A DNA stretch of 32,000 bases from Corynebacterium glutamicum ATCC 13032. GTDB lineage: Bacteria; Actinomycetota; Actinomycetes; Mycobacteriales; Mycobacteriaceae. Below the pieces are notes generated by a model. It ran no database searches. It worked only from the letters and a program-made list of their open reading frames with translations, and had not been told where the DNA came from. The translations under genes were made by a program, and so were the position numbers. Of the stretch, positions 7,371 to 15,969 are shown piece by piece. The stretch spans positions 1,890,001-1,922,000 of the forward strand of contig NC_003450.3 in NCBI RefSeq assembly GCF_000011325.1, read 5' to 3'. Within the stretch, counting starts at the first letter, position 1. Each line of letters begins with the position of its first letter.

Positions 7371-9158
7371 TTAACCTTCGACACGCTTTATCACCACACG
7401 GGCCGTAGACACACGGTTAGTCTTATTACGCATCTGACCATCGACATCAACGTAAATGTCACGCACTTCTGGGTAGGTATTAATAAAGGTCGCCACTTCA
7501 GTGACCACTTCCCGCTGCAAAGACCGCACCGCACCACGGGCACCACCAGATTCAGCACTTTCCTCCACCTGATCCACAAGCAGAAACTCCATAACCTTTT
7601 GTGAACAGTGCAGTTTCACGCCGTGGCGTTCATAGACCTCAGTAGCCACATCCTGCAGCTTCTTGCTAATAATCCTGTCCTGTGTCGTCTCCGACAGCGG
7701 TTGAAAAGGCACAATTTCATCTACACGACCAAGAAGCTCAGGTGGAAAACCCTTATTCTTGATCGACGTGTGAATGTTTTTCACAAAGTCTTTGATCGCC
7801 CGACCATCGCCCGTGTCATCAGTGGCATAGTTCGAAATTGTCTCGAAAATCTCAGAACCAGCGTTAGTTGTCATGACGATATAGGTATTAAGAAAACTCA
7901 CCTCACGGTTGTAATCGTCAGATAGTCGGCCATCATCAAGTACCTGCAGTAACAACCGCGCAATAGCTCGATCAGCTTTCTCAACCTCATCGAGCAGGAC
8001 AATAGCGTTACCCTGGTCAGCGACACGACGAGTGAGCTCAGACCTGAAAAGGTCAAGACTTGATTCTAAGGCGAACTCTGACATGTCAAAACGAATCAAT
8101 CGCCCAGTGTCATCACCAAAGAGCACCCGTGCTAGTTGCTTGACCAGCTCTGTTTTACCGACACCAGTAGGCCCGGTGAACAAGAAGTTCGACAGTGGCC
8201 GTGATTTATCATGAAGATCCGCCACCACCAGCTGCAAACGACGTGCTACCACAGTGGTGGCAAGACTTTGCGCCATTACCTTCTCATCAAGCTTGTCTTT
8301 AATGCTCGTACCATCGACCTTGAATGCAATATCGACACCAATAGCATCGTGGAGCACATCACCGAGCAGATCCATATCCATCGGCTTGCCGGAAAGTCGA
8401 TGCCAACCAACCATCGCATCAAGGACACGAATGGATTTACGAGGCTGGACAGAACTCGGCATAAAACGCTCAGTGGTGGAGTAAATCTGCTCAAAAACGT
8501 GGTCGTCATAGAACTGATCACTTACGCCATAACGATCTGCCATACCACGCAAAATCGCCACAGTGGTCTTCTGATCGGTCGGCGTTAGTCGAATTTCCTG
8601 CAAACGCTCCGTCAATGCTTGGTTCGGCCTGATGTGTTCGTGAAATTCTTCGAGAGTTGTCGCAGCGATAACGCGCACACCAAGGACACCAGACATCGCC
8701 AAAATCGGCTTGATTGCCTCTACCGCAGCATTAGACAGCTGCACAATTTGGTGAAACTCATCAACGAACAGCACCAATTCATGACCTTCGTGCTTGCGAT
8801 AGGCAATGGCGTCCTCAAACACACCTTTAATACGCGCAGCCATTTGCGCCGGGGTGCTCAAATCCGCAACCATTTTCGCTACATCGACCTCGATGTAGTT
8901 ACGCTCTGGATCTTTCACCAGTGCTTGCTGTACCAACGTAGTTTTACCCGAACCAGCAGGACCCACAAGCATGACATTAGAAATCTCTGGACGCATCAGC
9001 GCGGCCATAATCTTATTGACTTCTTCTTCGCGCCCAATAATCTCACGCACCGGTACAGCAACAGGCGCTGCATACGAGCTCAAATAAGGGTACTTGTCTT
9101 CATCAATCTCACGATTAATCGACTCTCCCACCAACGTACCCGCCACAACCTGGGTCAT
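7371..9158 (-). CDS. Clp/Hsp100-family double AAA+ ATPase, short form (no obvious N-domain or M-domain)
   Basis: D1: IIGREEEV..., Walker A VGPAGSGKTT, Walker B LFVDEFHQ, IAATTLEEF. D2: FLFTGPTGVGKTELVKQLA, IRFDMSEF, Walker B VLLDEVEKA, MTTNAG, GRVDEIVPFQPL. Only 595 aa. RBS AAGGTGGGAAG. Confidence 0.85.
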   Translation of the reverse strand: MTQVVAGTLVGESINREIDEDKYPYLSSYAAPVAVPVREIIGREEEVNKIMAALMRPEISNVMLVGPAGSGKTTLVQQALVKDPERNYIEVDVAKMVADLSTPAQMAARIKGVFEDAIAYRKHEGHELVLFVDEFHQIVQLSNAAVEAIKPILAMSGVLGVRVIAATTLEEFHEHIRPNQALTERLQEIRLTPTDQKTTVAILRGMADRYGVSDQFYDDHVFEQIYSTTERFMPSSVQPRKSIRVLDAMVGWHRLSGKPMDMDLLGDVLHDAIGVDIAFKVDGTSIKDKLDEKVMAQSLATTVVARRLQLVVADLHDKSRPLSNFLFTGPTGVGKTELVKQLARVLFGDDTGRLIRFDMSEFALESSLDLFRSELTRRVADQGNAIVLLDEVEKADRAIARLLLQVLDDGRLSDDYNREVSFLNTYIVMTTNAGSEIFETISNYATDDTGDGRAIKDFVKNIHTSIKNKGFPPELLGRVDEIVPFQPLSETTQDRIISKKLQDVATEVYERHGVKLHCSQKVMEFLLVDQVEESAESGGARGAVRSLQREVVTEVATFINTYPEVRDIYVDVDGQMRNKTNRVSTARVVIKRVEG

Positions 9159-9229
9159 CTTCCCACCTTTACAAAAAAGTTAATTGAATTTAATAATTAA
9201 TTAAATACTACACTTTATTAACTAATTTG

Positions 9230-9808
9230 TTAATGCAGATTATCCCCGTAAATATTGTCCCAGTGCTCAACAAAAGACACCTCGGTCTGCTGTGCCGCAC
9301 CCATAGCGGTGCGCCACTGCTCTTGTGACATATACACCCATGGACTGTCCATACATGGTGGATACGCCTTCATCCGCATAAGCCCAAAAGGGCCAACAAT
9401 CATGGCTGCGGAAGTACCTAGACATAGACCAATAAGCACACCGATAAAACCACCGAGCATAAGCCCTAAAGCTGGCCCACCCACGATGAGTATGCACAAG
9501 CCAATAAACAACCCGACCATGAGCTTTTTCATCGCCTCAAAGGAATACACCCGCTTCATCACCCAGACGTAAGGCTGCGACTCATCTGGCTGATAATGCA
9601 AAAACTTCGTCGTGTCACCGCCCATGCCATCTGCACCATCACCGAAATTCACCAACATCACCTCGGCCTCAATCTGATGAATACCTGCCGGCACACCCAA
9701 TAGCGACGCTGCATCATCAAGGGTAACTAGTTCAGTGTTGTTAAGACCAAGACTATGAAACTGTGCTTCAAGCTCTGCAATTTTTCGATCATCCTGCGAT
9801 TTAGACAT
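9230..9808 (-). CDS. Membrane protein (Gly-rich TM cluster), unknown function
   Basis: The start is likely ATG 9808 (MSKSQDD), which overlaps the upstream stop as ATGTCTAA and suggests translational coupling. TM segment LMVGLFIGLCILIVGGPALGLMLGGFIGVLIGLCLGTSAAMIVGPFGL. Confidence 0.65.
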   Translation of the reverse strand: MSKSQDDRKIAELEAQFHSLGLNNTELVTLDDAASLLGVPAGIHQIEAEVMLVNFGDGADGMGGDTTKFLHYQPDESQPYVWVMKRVYSFEAMKKLMVGLFIGLCILIVGGPALGLMLGGFIGVLIGLCLGTSAAMIVGPFGLMRMKAYPPCMDSPWVYMSQEQWRTAMGAAQQTEVSFVEHWDNIYGDNLH

Positions 9809-10916
9809 CGCGGACACCCGCTGCCATATCAACGTGCACAACGCTGTCGTCATCTCTACAGCCAGCTATACTGCGGGTTTTCTCCGCATACGCCAACACA
9901 TCGTCCACAGCGGAATTATCAACGGCACCAACTTTGCGCCCTTGTGCTTTCTTCGCACGCTGCTTGTCCCGCTTACAGTGAGTTTTCTGCTCCTGAGCAG
10001 CCTGTTTCTGCGCCACCAGTTCATCTACACGCGCTTGCTTCGCAGCCTTTTTCTCGGCCCGCCGTTGTGCTGCAGCAGCTTTCCCTGACTGCTCCGCTAC
10101 AAATTCTTGAGCCTTACGCTTACGCTCAATCTCTTTATCGCGCTCAGCTTGGGTTCGCTTGCGTTGTGCATCGCGCTCCAACTGCTTAGCCGCGCTCGTT
10201 TTACGTCGAGCTTCTTGGCGGTGGTTCCACCAGCCGGCCACATCAATACCATCGGCTCGCCCAATAATGACGCGATCTTTTTTACGTGCGCTCGCCTGCA
10301 CCACACCATGAGCGTGCACCGTGACACCCAATTTCTGAGCCACCACACATGCCCGACACTCACAGTCACGCAGACCAGAGCCATAATCCTCTAGTTGCGC
10401 TGGATCATTATGCAGCTCACGACCAAGCTTGTGGTGATAACGTCGCTGGGTTTCTACCAACATATGCTGACGCAAGGACGCGATATAGTTACCAACAGCA
10501 ACAGCATCTGACGCAACTGGCTTTTTCGCTTTTTTCGCTTCTGCTCGGGCTGCAATATCCGAGGCAATATCGCACTTGATGCCCTCCCAGATCACTGAAT
10601 CCATTTCGACAGGATCTGCTTCCTCGTAGACTGTGCCTGACATGCGCTGCTCATAGCGCAATAGCGCATACACCACCATGACGATGACAGTCACAAAAAT
10701 CGGCACGTACAACAGTGGCAAGCCGGCGCCAATAATAAACACCAGAACCGCGAGCGCACTAAGAATCCCGCTCACAATTATATGGATTACCCATCGAGAC
10801 TCAGTGATCTCAGTAACGCTCACTCGGTGATCTGCGGCATCTCGGGTCACCTCACAACGAGTTGTGCGATTCCACGTGTGAAATATGATCTCATTCTCCG
10901 GCGTTCCCATTTTCAT
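9801..10916 (-). CDS. Membrane protein with two N-terminal TM helices and a long K/R/A/Q/E-rich C-terminal tail
   Basis: 371-aa ORF with TM helices VIHIIVSGILSALAVLVFIIGAGL and LLYVPIFVTVIVMVVYALL. The basic, helix-prone tail reads QRKRTQAERDKEIERKRKAQE... No enzymatic motif recognised. Confidence 0.65.
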   Translation of the reverse strand: MKMGTPENEIIFHTWNRTTRCEVTRDAADHRVSVTEITESRWVIHIIVSGILSALAVLVFIIGAGLPLLYVPIFVTVIVMVVYALLRYEQRMSGTVYEEADPVEMDSVIWEGIKCDIASDIAARAEAKKAKKPVASDAVAVGNYIASLRQHMLVETQRRYHHKLGRELHNDPAQLEDYGSGLRDCECRACVVAQKLGVTVHAHGVVQASARKKDRVIIGRADGIDVAGWWNHRQEARRKTSAAKQLERDAQRKRTQAERDKEIERKRKAQEFVAEQSGKAAAAQRRAEKKAAKQARVDELVAQKQAAQEQKTHCKRDKQRAKKAQGRKVGAVDNSAVDDVLAYAEKTRSIAGCRDDDSVVHVDMAAGVRDV

Positions 10917-11014
10917 AACTGTCTACCTACTTTCCTGACGTGAAAAAATACTATATTTACCCCTCTGTAATATTAGTACTTTAAAAGTAGACTTTTATAT
11001 AGCTAAAAATAAAC

Positions 11015-11053
11015 AACAACCCCGCTCCCAGCACAGCTGAAAACGGGGTTGTT
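11015..11053 (-). terminator. Terminator-like hairpin after the Gly-rich protein gene
   Basis: 10-bp stem aacaaccccg/cggggttgtt. On the minus strand it is followed by GTTTATTTTT. Confidence 0.55.
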
Positions 11054-11062
11054 ATAAAGCGC

Positions 11063-11911
11063 TTACGCTTCGTAGCCTTGGTCGTAGCTCTTATCTACAG
11101 ACCGTGATTCTTGAGGTAGCGCTAATTGTTCAAGCTCGGATCGCTGTGGTTGACCAAGATTCGCAAACTGCGGAATCTCGGTGCTGATCTCACTATTAAC
11201 CTGGTTGGCACTAAACCCCGATGCAGATGCCCCAGCGTTGCTGTAGTCATCGCCACCACCAAAGTAGTTTTGTGCTAGTCCTGCGAGACCGCCCGTCGCA
11301 CCGCCAATACCAGCACCAGTGACACCGCCAAGCGTGGAGTAACCAAGACCACCTCCTTGAATAGCGCCCGACAAGGAATCAGCCAACCCCTCATGACCAG
11401 ACTCAGCTAATTTATCGTGCACTTTATCCGCACCAAAACCGGCTGCACCGCTGGCCATCGCGGATTTAATCACACCCGGACCGCCGTCTTTGAGATACGA
11501 TCCCAAGCCGCCTGCAATGGCAGAATAAGCACTAGCCTTCATCGAGCCACCCTCGGCCTGAATTGCATCATTGGCAAGCTTGGTGAACACACCAGCTCCG
11601 GCACCAGCGAGCCCTTTGCCGACCATGTTGCGGGCCTTCGAGGACAAACTTTGACCATCTTCAAAATCGCTATACGCAAGCCCTGCGCCTGTAGCAGCAC
11701 CTGCCAAACCTGCACCCAGATTGCCGTATTGACCCATGAAACCGCTGTTTTCTGATCCAGAATTCTGTGCGCTGTTGTTGACCTGTCCAAAACTCATCTG
11801 CTGATTCTGGGCCTGCTGATTATTCTGAGAGTTGCTGAGAAACTTATCTTTTGCCCATCCTGCTGCAACGGGGGCAACTGTGCCAGCAACCGCTAGAAGC
11901 GGAAATGCCAT
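11063..11911 (-). CDS. Gly/Ala/Ser-rich low-complexity protein with a hydrophobic N-terminus
   Basis: 282-aa ORF with a strong RBS (AGGAG). N-terminus MAFPLLAVAGTVAPVAAGW, then many GxxxG/GAG repeats. Confidence 0.65.
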   Translation of the reverse strand: MAFPLLAVAGTVAPVAAGWAKDKFLSNSQNNQQAQNQQMSFGQVNNSAQNSGSENSGFMGQYGNLGAGLAGAATGAGLAYSDFEDGQSLSSKARNMVGKGLAGAGAGVFTKLANDAIQAEGGSMKASAYSAIAGGLGSYLKDGGPGVIKSAMASGAAGFGADKVHDKLAESGHEGLADSLSGAIQGGGLGYSTLGGVTGAGIGGATGGLAGLAQNYFGGGDDYSNAGASASGFSANQVNSEISTEIPQFANLGQPQRSELEQLALPQESRSVDKSYDQGYEA

Positions 11912-11953
11912 ATCAATCTTCTCCTACATTGTGCTGTTCATGATCTGAGACAA

Positions 11954-11986
11954 ACACCCCAACAATCAAAAAGTTTGTTGGGGTGT
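11954..11986 (-). terminator. Terminator-like hairpin after the SSB-tail protein gene
   Basis: 12-bp perfect stem acaccccaacaa/ttgttggggtgt with a 9-nt loop. Minus-strand tail TTGTCTC. Confidence 0.5.
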
Positions 11987-12001
11987 GGTGTATTGCGCCT
12001 T

Positions 12002-12883
12002 TTAAAACGGTGGCTCGTTATCCATCTGAGGTTGTGCTGCCGGCTGCTGCGTCTGCGGTGCCAGAGCTGCTGCTACTGCTGGCGGCTGCGTCTGCGGTGC
12101 CAGAGCTGCTGCTACTGCTGGCGGCTGGTTAAACGGATTCCCAGCAGGTGCCTGCGGTGCCTGAGCTGCTGCTGCCTGCTGCTGCGCGGTTGCATGAGCT
12201 ACCGCGTCTGCATAGACAGGGGCTCCTGCATATGCTGGCTGCTGGCCCTGTGGCACTGGTGCCTGGAATTGCTGATTCTGCATAACTGGCTGCGGTGCCA
12301 CCTGTGGTGCTTGAGCCTGGGTCGCTTGGGCTTGTGCAGCCTTCTGCGCTTCTGCTGCTTGGCGATTCATTGCCACAGCCATAAACTGCTGCTGCTGAAT
12401 ATTCATCGCGTCCGAAATAGGAACCCCAGATGGCTGCAGAGACTTAGTGTTCATGACCGCAGGGAGAGACTTGCCGTCCTTGGTCTTCGGGAACATGACA
12501 TCAGCCTTGACCAACATGGAGTAACCAACTGTCTCACCGTCTTTGCTCAAGAGCGGGGTCATATGGTTGCGCCCCTGTGCTGCCACCGTCTGCATCGCTT
12601 GAATCTGCGCATCAGAATACGCAACACCTGTGTTGCGCTGACCGTCCTTAGTGTCAAGATGCAGATGAGGCATAGTCTGTGGTGCAAGATTCGCATTCGC
12701 ACGAGTGCCGTCAGCGTCAATCGGAATCTGCGCTACCTGAACATCCACAAAGTGGACAGTGTTACCCTTTTCGGTCACATGCTTGGCGCTGTCGTAGACG
12801 TTGACAACAAGATCTACACCTTTAGTAGACGCGTTCGGATTGATGACATTGCCATCTTTATCCTTGCTTCGAAAATTAGCCAT
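12002..12883 (-). CDS. Putative ssDNA-binding/SSB-interactome protein: unfamiliar N-terminal domain + Q/P/A-rich linker + SSB-type C-terminal tip (..MDNEPPF)
   Basis: 293-aa ORF with RBS GAAAGGG. It ends in DNEPPF, matching the acidic-PPF tip of actinobacterial SSBs. The linker is disordered and Q/A/P-rich. The N-terminal ~170 aa do not read like the canonical SSB OB motif. Confidence 0.6.
   Translation of the reverse strand: MANFRSKDKDGNVINPNASTKGVDLVVNVYDSAKHVTEKGNTVHFVDVQVAQIPIDADGTRANANLAPQTMPHLHLDTKDGQRNTGVAYSDAQIQAMQTVAAQGRNHMTPLLSKDGETVGYSMLVKADVMFPKTKDGKSLPAVMNTKSLQPSGVPISDAMNIQQQQFMAVAMNRQAAEAQKAAQAQATQAQAPQVAPQPVMQNQQFQAPVPQGQQPAYAGAPVYADAVAHATAQQQAAAAQAPQAPAGNPFNQPPAVAAALAPQTQPPAVAAALAPQTQQPAAQPQMDNEPPF
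12047..12124. repeat. Perfect 39-bp tandem duplication (2 copies) inside the SSB-tail protein linker
   Basis: ctgcgtctgcggtgccagagctgctgctactgctggcgg occurs twice back to back (12047..12085 and 12086..12124). It encodes PPAVAAALAPQTQ x2. Confidence 0.95.
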
Positions 12884-13053
12884 GATACAAACCCTTTCAC
12901 ACTAATTTGTTCGGGACTTTTTATATTACTTCCCAGAACAATTCTTATTAAGTATTAATGTGAAGCATAATCACCTTGTCAAACAAATGCAATACTTTTC
13001 TTTAAAACTTATGAGATTCATTTACCATTGCTGAAATATACTTTTAAATTAAT

Positions 13054-13094
13054 AAAAGAACACTTCGACTTAATTCATATCAAAGTGTTCTTTT
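13054..13094. terminator. Bidirectional terminator-like hairpin downstream of the relaxase gene
   Basis: 12-bp stem aaaagaacactt/aagtgttctttt with a 17-nt loop. It is flanked by A/T runs on both sides (T9 on the plus strand). Confidence 0.55.
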
Positions 13095-13109
13095 TTTTTA
13101 ATCAACCGC

Positions 13110-15878
13110 CTACCCCAATCCACCATCACGGGTACTCCGCAGCTGTGAATCCAGCACAGCTCGATCCACAGCATCACGAATCAGTGGCTGCACTCGCTTA
13201 TCTAGCGCAACTGTTCTACCCCGCTTAATCTGCACCGACTCCGGTTGTACATGTCGTTGCACCACCTCGAACGCTGGTTGCGTGGTCTCCTGATCAATTT
13301 CTTGTTGTCGCTGTGCTACCAACTCACGCTCACGACGAGCCTGCTCTTCCGCTGCACGCTGAGCGCGTTGTCGCGCCTGCTCTCTAATTCTGGCAAGCAT
13401 GGCACTACGCAAAATACCTGTACGGGATACCTCACTACTGGTTGCTTCCATGCGAGTTATGTCCGCGCCGGCATGATCAAGCTCTTCTGCCACTGCTTCT
13501 GGTTCCTGCTGCGAACTGATCATCCACTCCCGAGCGCGTTCAAAAGCATAACGTCGCTGGGTGACTAACTCACCGTAACTACGCACAATGGGCTGACTGA
13601 CCTTCTGATCGCTAAACCAGTCATAGTGAAGATCGTGCAGGTCAGCGCCACGCACCTGCTCAAAATCATGCTCCGGTCGAAACACGACCTGAAACCTGCC
13701 ACGCAAGGTGTGCACTGGATCATGAGCGCTCACATCACGACTATCACGTAACTCTTCGTCAAGGTATGTGCGCACAGAATCAGATACATCAGCGACCGGC
13801 AACTCAATTGTTTGCTGCTGTATCTGGCGTTCATCTGCACCCTCTCCCCCAGATTCACGTAGATCTGCTGCATCCATCAATACAGCATCACCTTCAACCT
13901 CTAAACGTGCACCGAGCTGTGCCCATTCTCGTCGCAAATCATCAATTTTTTGCTGATAGGTCACCATCATGCGCTCAATTCGGCCATCCAGGACCGCACG
14001 CCCAGCTTTACCCTCAGCGCCTGTTCGAGCCAATAACCCACCACCGGGTTGGTCATAAAGTTGCCGACCCAAAGCTTCAGCTGCACGTTCATCGCTCATG
14101 CGTGCCAAAGAACGATCTGCCCGCAGTGCACGCAGACCCACAACCCTTTTACCGTAATCAGCAACCTCAGCCCATTGCTTCTCCCACTGACCGACAGGTG
14201 GGGCAAAGGTCAAAAAGTGCTGGTACTTGGATTGGCACATCGCATGATACTGCTCCTCAGTGTCATAAAAACTCCACATTACCTGTGAGGTGGGATCAGC
14301 CAAACCTTGAGAGTTAGCGTCCTCCCACGAGCGTTTTTTCACGGCAAAGGCTTCTCGTTGTTCTCGGTGATGATTCAAGCGTGCTGAATACGACCGCAAA
14401 CGCAGCCCAAATTCCTCAATACTTGGCTCAGGCTCTTCTTTCCCCACCTCTTGTGATCCACTACTACCCTGCTCGTCTAGATCCTTGCTCTTCTTCCGCG
14501 CAATACCATCGAGCAAATCCTCATAGTCTTGACGCATGACTGTCAACATGGCCGTAGAGACATCGCGTTGCTCATCGGAAATCGCGGATAGGACACTGTA
14601 GACACCGTTCATGGCCTGCTCAATGATCTTTTCGCGGCCATTATCAATCAAACGCTGGGTGTCCTGCTTGCTTAAACCTTCTTTAACGCGGCGTTTTTGC
14701 GCATACTGATAGACCTGCGACAGTGCTGCCGGCATCGGTGAATCAGTCTCACCAAGTCGCGCCTCCACCAACTCGCGCACTAATCTATTCGGCTTATCCA
14801 TTTCCTTGGCATTGGTCGATGCACGCCACAGTCGCTTATCCTCTGGCAAACAAGCGACCACAAATTGCGCAGCACTTTCTTGGGTGAGCTGATGAAACGC
14901 CCAGCGCTTGACGTAGCTGGTGACATTGCGTTTTTCATACCCCACTGCTGCTGACAAGTGCGCCATATGCTGATGCTGATCAAGCCAGGCGTCAATACCA
15001 CGCCGCAAAATAGCCTTACCTGGCTTATTGATTTTGCCTTTTTGCGTACCATCAGCAGCCCGGTGTCCATAACCAGCATCCACCATGGTCAAGTGGGCGT
15101 GCACATGCTTCGTATCAACCTGAATCACGCCGACATAGCGCAAATCATCATAATGACGCTGGGCTAGACGATCCACACCATGCATGACAGCCATGCGTAG
15201 CTTCATTTGGTCAACCTGGCCGCGATAATCACCAGCACGCTTAATATCGAGATCCTCTGGAATAAGGCCATGCGCGGTCAGGTAATCCTGGGTAAAAGAT
15301 AGGACCACTTTCATCACGGTATGCCTATTTTCATAGAGCTCTTGGACGTTATTACTTGCTGCATGAAGATCATCATGTGACAGCGAGACATCGCCATACC
15401 CAAAGGCCACTCCCCCATTACCCTGAGCCCTCAGCATGAGATCATGAACGCGCTGCCCATCCTGGGTAGTAAATTCCGCGAGTTCCCTCGGGTGCACAGG
15501 TTGTGATGGGTTGGTGGTGTCGGAGTCTGTATTCACGCCCGCTCGCAATGCTGCTCGCCGGGCGCTGCGTTCTGCACGACGTTGTTTCAAGGTCGCGCGG
15601 CGACCTTGCCGGCCACGACGAGAGTTCATTTCAGGTTGCTGGTCATAGTCTGCGTTACTGTCCGTGGTGAGCTGCTCCACGGCACTATCACGTGCCATAT
15701 ACCGCATGATGAAATCATCTAATTTATTGCGCACAATAGGTGCTACTGCTTCTACCGCATCGCTGCGTGCCATATAGCCAGAGATATATTTACCTGGCGA
15801 TGATCCTCGTGAACCTTTGCCATTTGCCTGCTTAATCGTATATTCATTGCGCACGATAATGGCTTGTTTCAAACTCAT
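13110..15878 (-). CDS. Conjugative relaxase, MOBP-like (relaxase/mobilisation nuclease domain) with a long C-terminal extension
   Basis: Same motif order as RP4 TraI-type relaxases. N-terminal Tyr motifs (GKYISGYMARSDAVE; RYMARDSAVE). HTVMKVVLSF corresponds to HLLVSF. The His cluster YVGVIQVDTKHVHAHLTMVD corresponds to HHDTDNLHIHIAIN. 922 aa; RBS GGTGGGAAA. Confidence 0.75.
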   Translation of the reverse strand: MSLKQAIIVRNEYTIKQANGKGSRGSSPGKYISGYMARSDAVEAVAPIVRNKLDDFIMRYMARDSAVEQLTTDSNADYDQQPEMNSRRGRQGRRATLKQRRAERSARRAALRAGVNTDSDTTNPSQPVHPRELAEFTTQDGQRVHDLMLRAQGNGGVAFGYGDVSLSHDDLHAASNNVQELYENRHTVMKVVLSFTQDYLTAHGLIPEDLDIKRAGDYRGQVDQMKLRMAVMHGVDRLAQRHYDDLRYVGVIQVDTKHVHAHLTMVDAGYGHRAADGTQKGKINKPGKAILRRGIDAWLDQHQHMAHLSAAVGYEKRNVTSYVKRWAFHQLTQESAAQFVVACLPEDKRLWRASTNAKEMDKPNRLVRELVEARLGETDSPMPAALSQVYQYAQKRRVKEGLSKQDTQRLIDNGREKIIEQAMNGVYSVLSAISDEQRDVSTAMLTVMRQDYEDLLDGIARKKSKDLDEQGSSGSQEVGKEEPEPSIEEFGLRLRSYSARLNHHREQREAFAVKKRSWEDANSQGLADPTSQVMWSFYDTEEQYHAMCQSKYQHFLTFAPPVGQWEKQWAEVADYGKRVVGLRALRADRSLARMSDERAAEALGRQLYDQPGGGLLARTGAEGKAGRAVLDGRIERMMVTYQQKIDDLRREWAQLGARLEVEGDAVLMDAADLRESGGEGADERQIQQQTIELPVADVSDSVRTYLDEELRDSRDVSAHDPVHTLRGRFQVVFRPEHDFEQVRGADLHDLHYDWFSDQKVSQPIVRSYGELVTQRRYAFERAREWMISSQQEPEAVAEELDHAGADITRMEATSSEVSRTGILRSAMLARIREQARQRAQRAAEEQARRERELVAQRQQEIDQETTQPAFEVVQRHVQPESVQIKRGRTVALDKRVQPLIRDAVDRAVLDSQLRSTRDGGLG

Positions 15879-15969
15879 TTTCCCACCGCTCTTTCTTTAA
15901 CTACAACAACAGCGCCCCCACCAAAAAAACGGTAACGACGCTGTTGCTTCTCTTGATGCCTCACCTTGG

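Noticed and set aside
11975-12958. 327-aa plus-strand ORF (C/L/R-rich)
   Set aside because: It is antisense to the SSB-tail gene. Its openness is a by-product of the CAG/GCN-rich linker on the other strand, and its Cys/Leu/Arg/Trp composition is implausible for a real protein.
12884-13109. AT-rich spacer between the relaxase and the SSB-tail gene as a possible oriT
   Set aside because: Only a terminator-like hairpin is visible. I cannot identify a nic-site consensus or relaxase-proximal inverted repeat by eye, and oriT may lie outside the window. It is not called.
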